A DNA stretch of 48,221 nt from Octopus bimaculoides. Taxonomy: Eukaryota. A program made the position numbers and the translations under genes. Below, one piece after another: positions 47,560 to 48,221 of the stretch. The stretch covers positions 59,351,337-59,399,557 of the forward strand of contig NC_068984.1 in assembly GCF_001194135.2 (NCBI RefSeq), in the 5' to 3' direction. Numbering within the stretch: position 1 is the first letter of the stretch; each line of letters begins with the position of its first letter. Below the pieces are notes generated by a model. The model saw nothing but the letters and a program-made list of their open reading frames with translations, was not told the origin of the DNA and searched no databases.

Positions 47560-47954
47560 AATTTAAGGAATGGAGAAAACGCATGTTATAATTGCATACT
47601 TTATTCCTACATATGTTTCAAAGGATTACAACCTGTGTGATCCATAGGGATCTTTAATATTAAAATTGTAACCTTCTCACCAGGGAAAGCATGGGAATCA
47701 TCTTAAACGTAAGACATTATGACCGATTATGAAAACAATAGATGGATAAGGTTATGACTTGATTCATTTGAAAAAAACCGTTAGAGAATTGGACGCTGCC
47801 GGATAGTGGGTTGGACAACACATACCTGTAAATGTGTGAGAACGTACATGCATATATAAATACATATACACAAACACACACATACATGCATACTGATACA
47901 CACACACACACATATATATATATGTATATACATATACATACATATGTGCACTTG

Positions 47955-47990
<36 letters not shown>

Positions 47991-48010
47991 TATATATACA
48001 CACATATTTA
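47435..48010. repeat. Compound (AT)/(GT)/(AC) microsatellite region
   Basis: Several AT, GT and AC dinucleotide runs at 47435-47560 and 47850-48010. Confidence 0.95.
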
Positions 48011-48221
48011 GGGTTTTGTATAAAATAGAGGTGTTTTAACTGATTTTTCTGTGTACATATACGCATTATCATTTATATTTTCACTCTTACCCTTGTTTTT
48101 ACTCTTATCAATATTATTTTTTTTTAAATATATAAATATGCATTTACGTATGATTTTTTGGATGTATGTACATTTTTGTGTAAAAATGTATTTATTAAAA
48201 CATAGGTTTGTTTATATATTC

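Overview
Eukaryotic, AT-rich, repeat-dense animal DNA. The SINE/RTE/mariner landscape and long (AT)n tracts suggest a coleoid cephalopod (Octopus-like); this is inferred, not verified. Three intron-containing host genes were reconstructed by hand from splice signals and remembered protein similarity: (1) the last six coding exons of RMC1/C18orf8 (+, 3262-16520); (2) a complete 7-exon ribonucleotide reductase small subunit gene, RRM2 family (-, ATG 27560 to stop 17931, about 358 aa, diiron and radical residues intact); (3) the first three coding exons of an STPG1/MAPO2-like gene (+, from 31871, continuing beyond the window). RMC1 and RRM2 are tail-to-tail; RRM2 and STPG1 are head-to-head, about 4.3 kb apart, across a CpG-rich region. 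Most listed short ORFs are chance frames, transposon debris or N-gap artefacts. Mobile DNA includes mariner, Tigger, hAT, RTE, CR1/L2-like LINE, several SINE families and MITEs. The most interesting signals are: two different ~90-bp hairpin elements, each with GG...CC ends, an exact 8-bp target duplication and a TTAGGG telomeric motif in the loop; a near-perfect RFX X-box between STPG1 and RRM2; an inverted pair of ~620-bp foldback MITEs bracketing RRM2 exon 1; and near-identical inverted RTE tails around an in-frame RMC1 exon. No CRISPR array, rRNA, true tRNA gene or prokaryote-type system was seen. Exon coordinates are exact by manual count; repeat boundaries are approximate unless a TSD/TIR is quoted.
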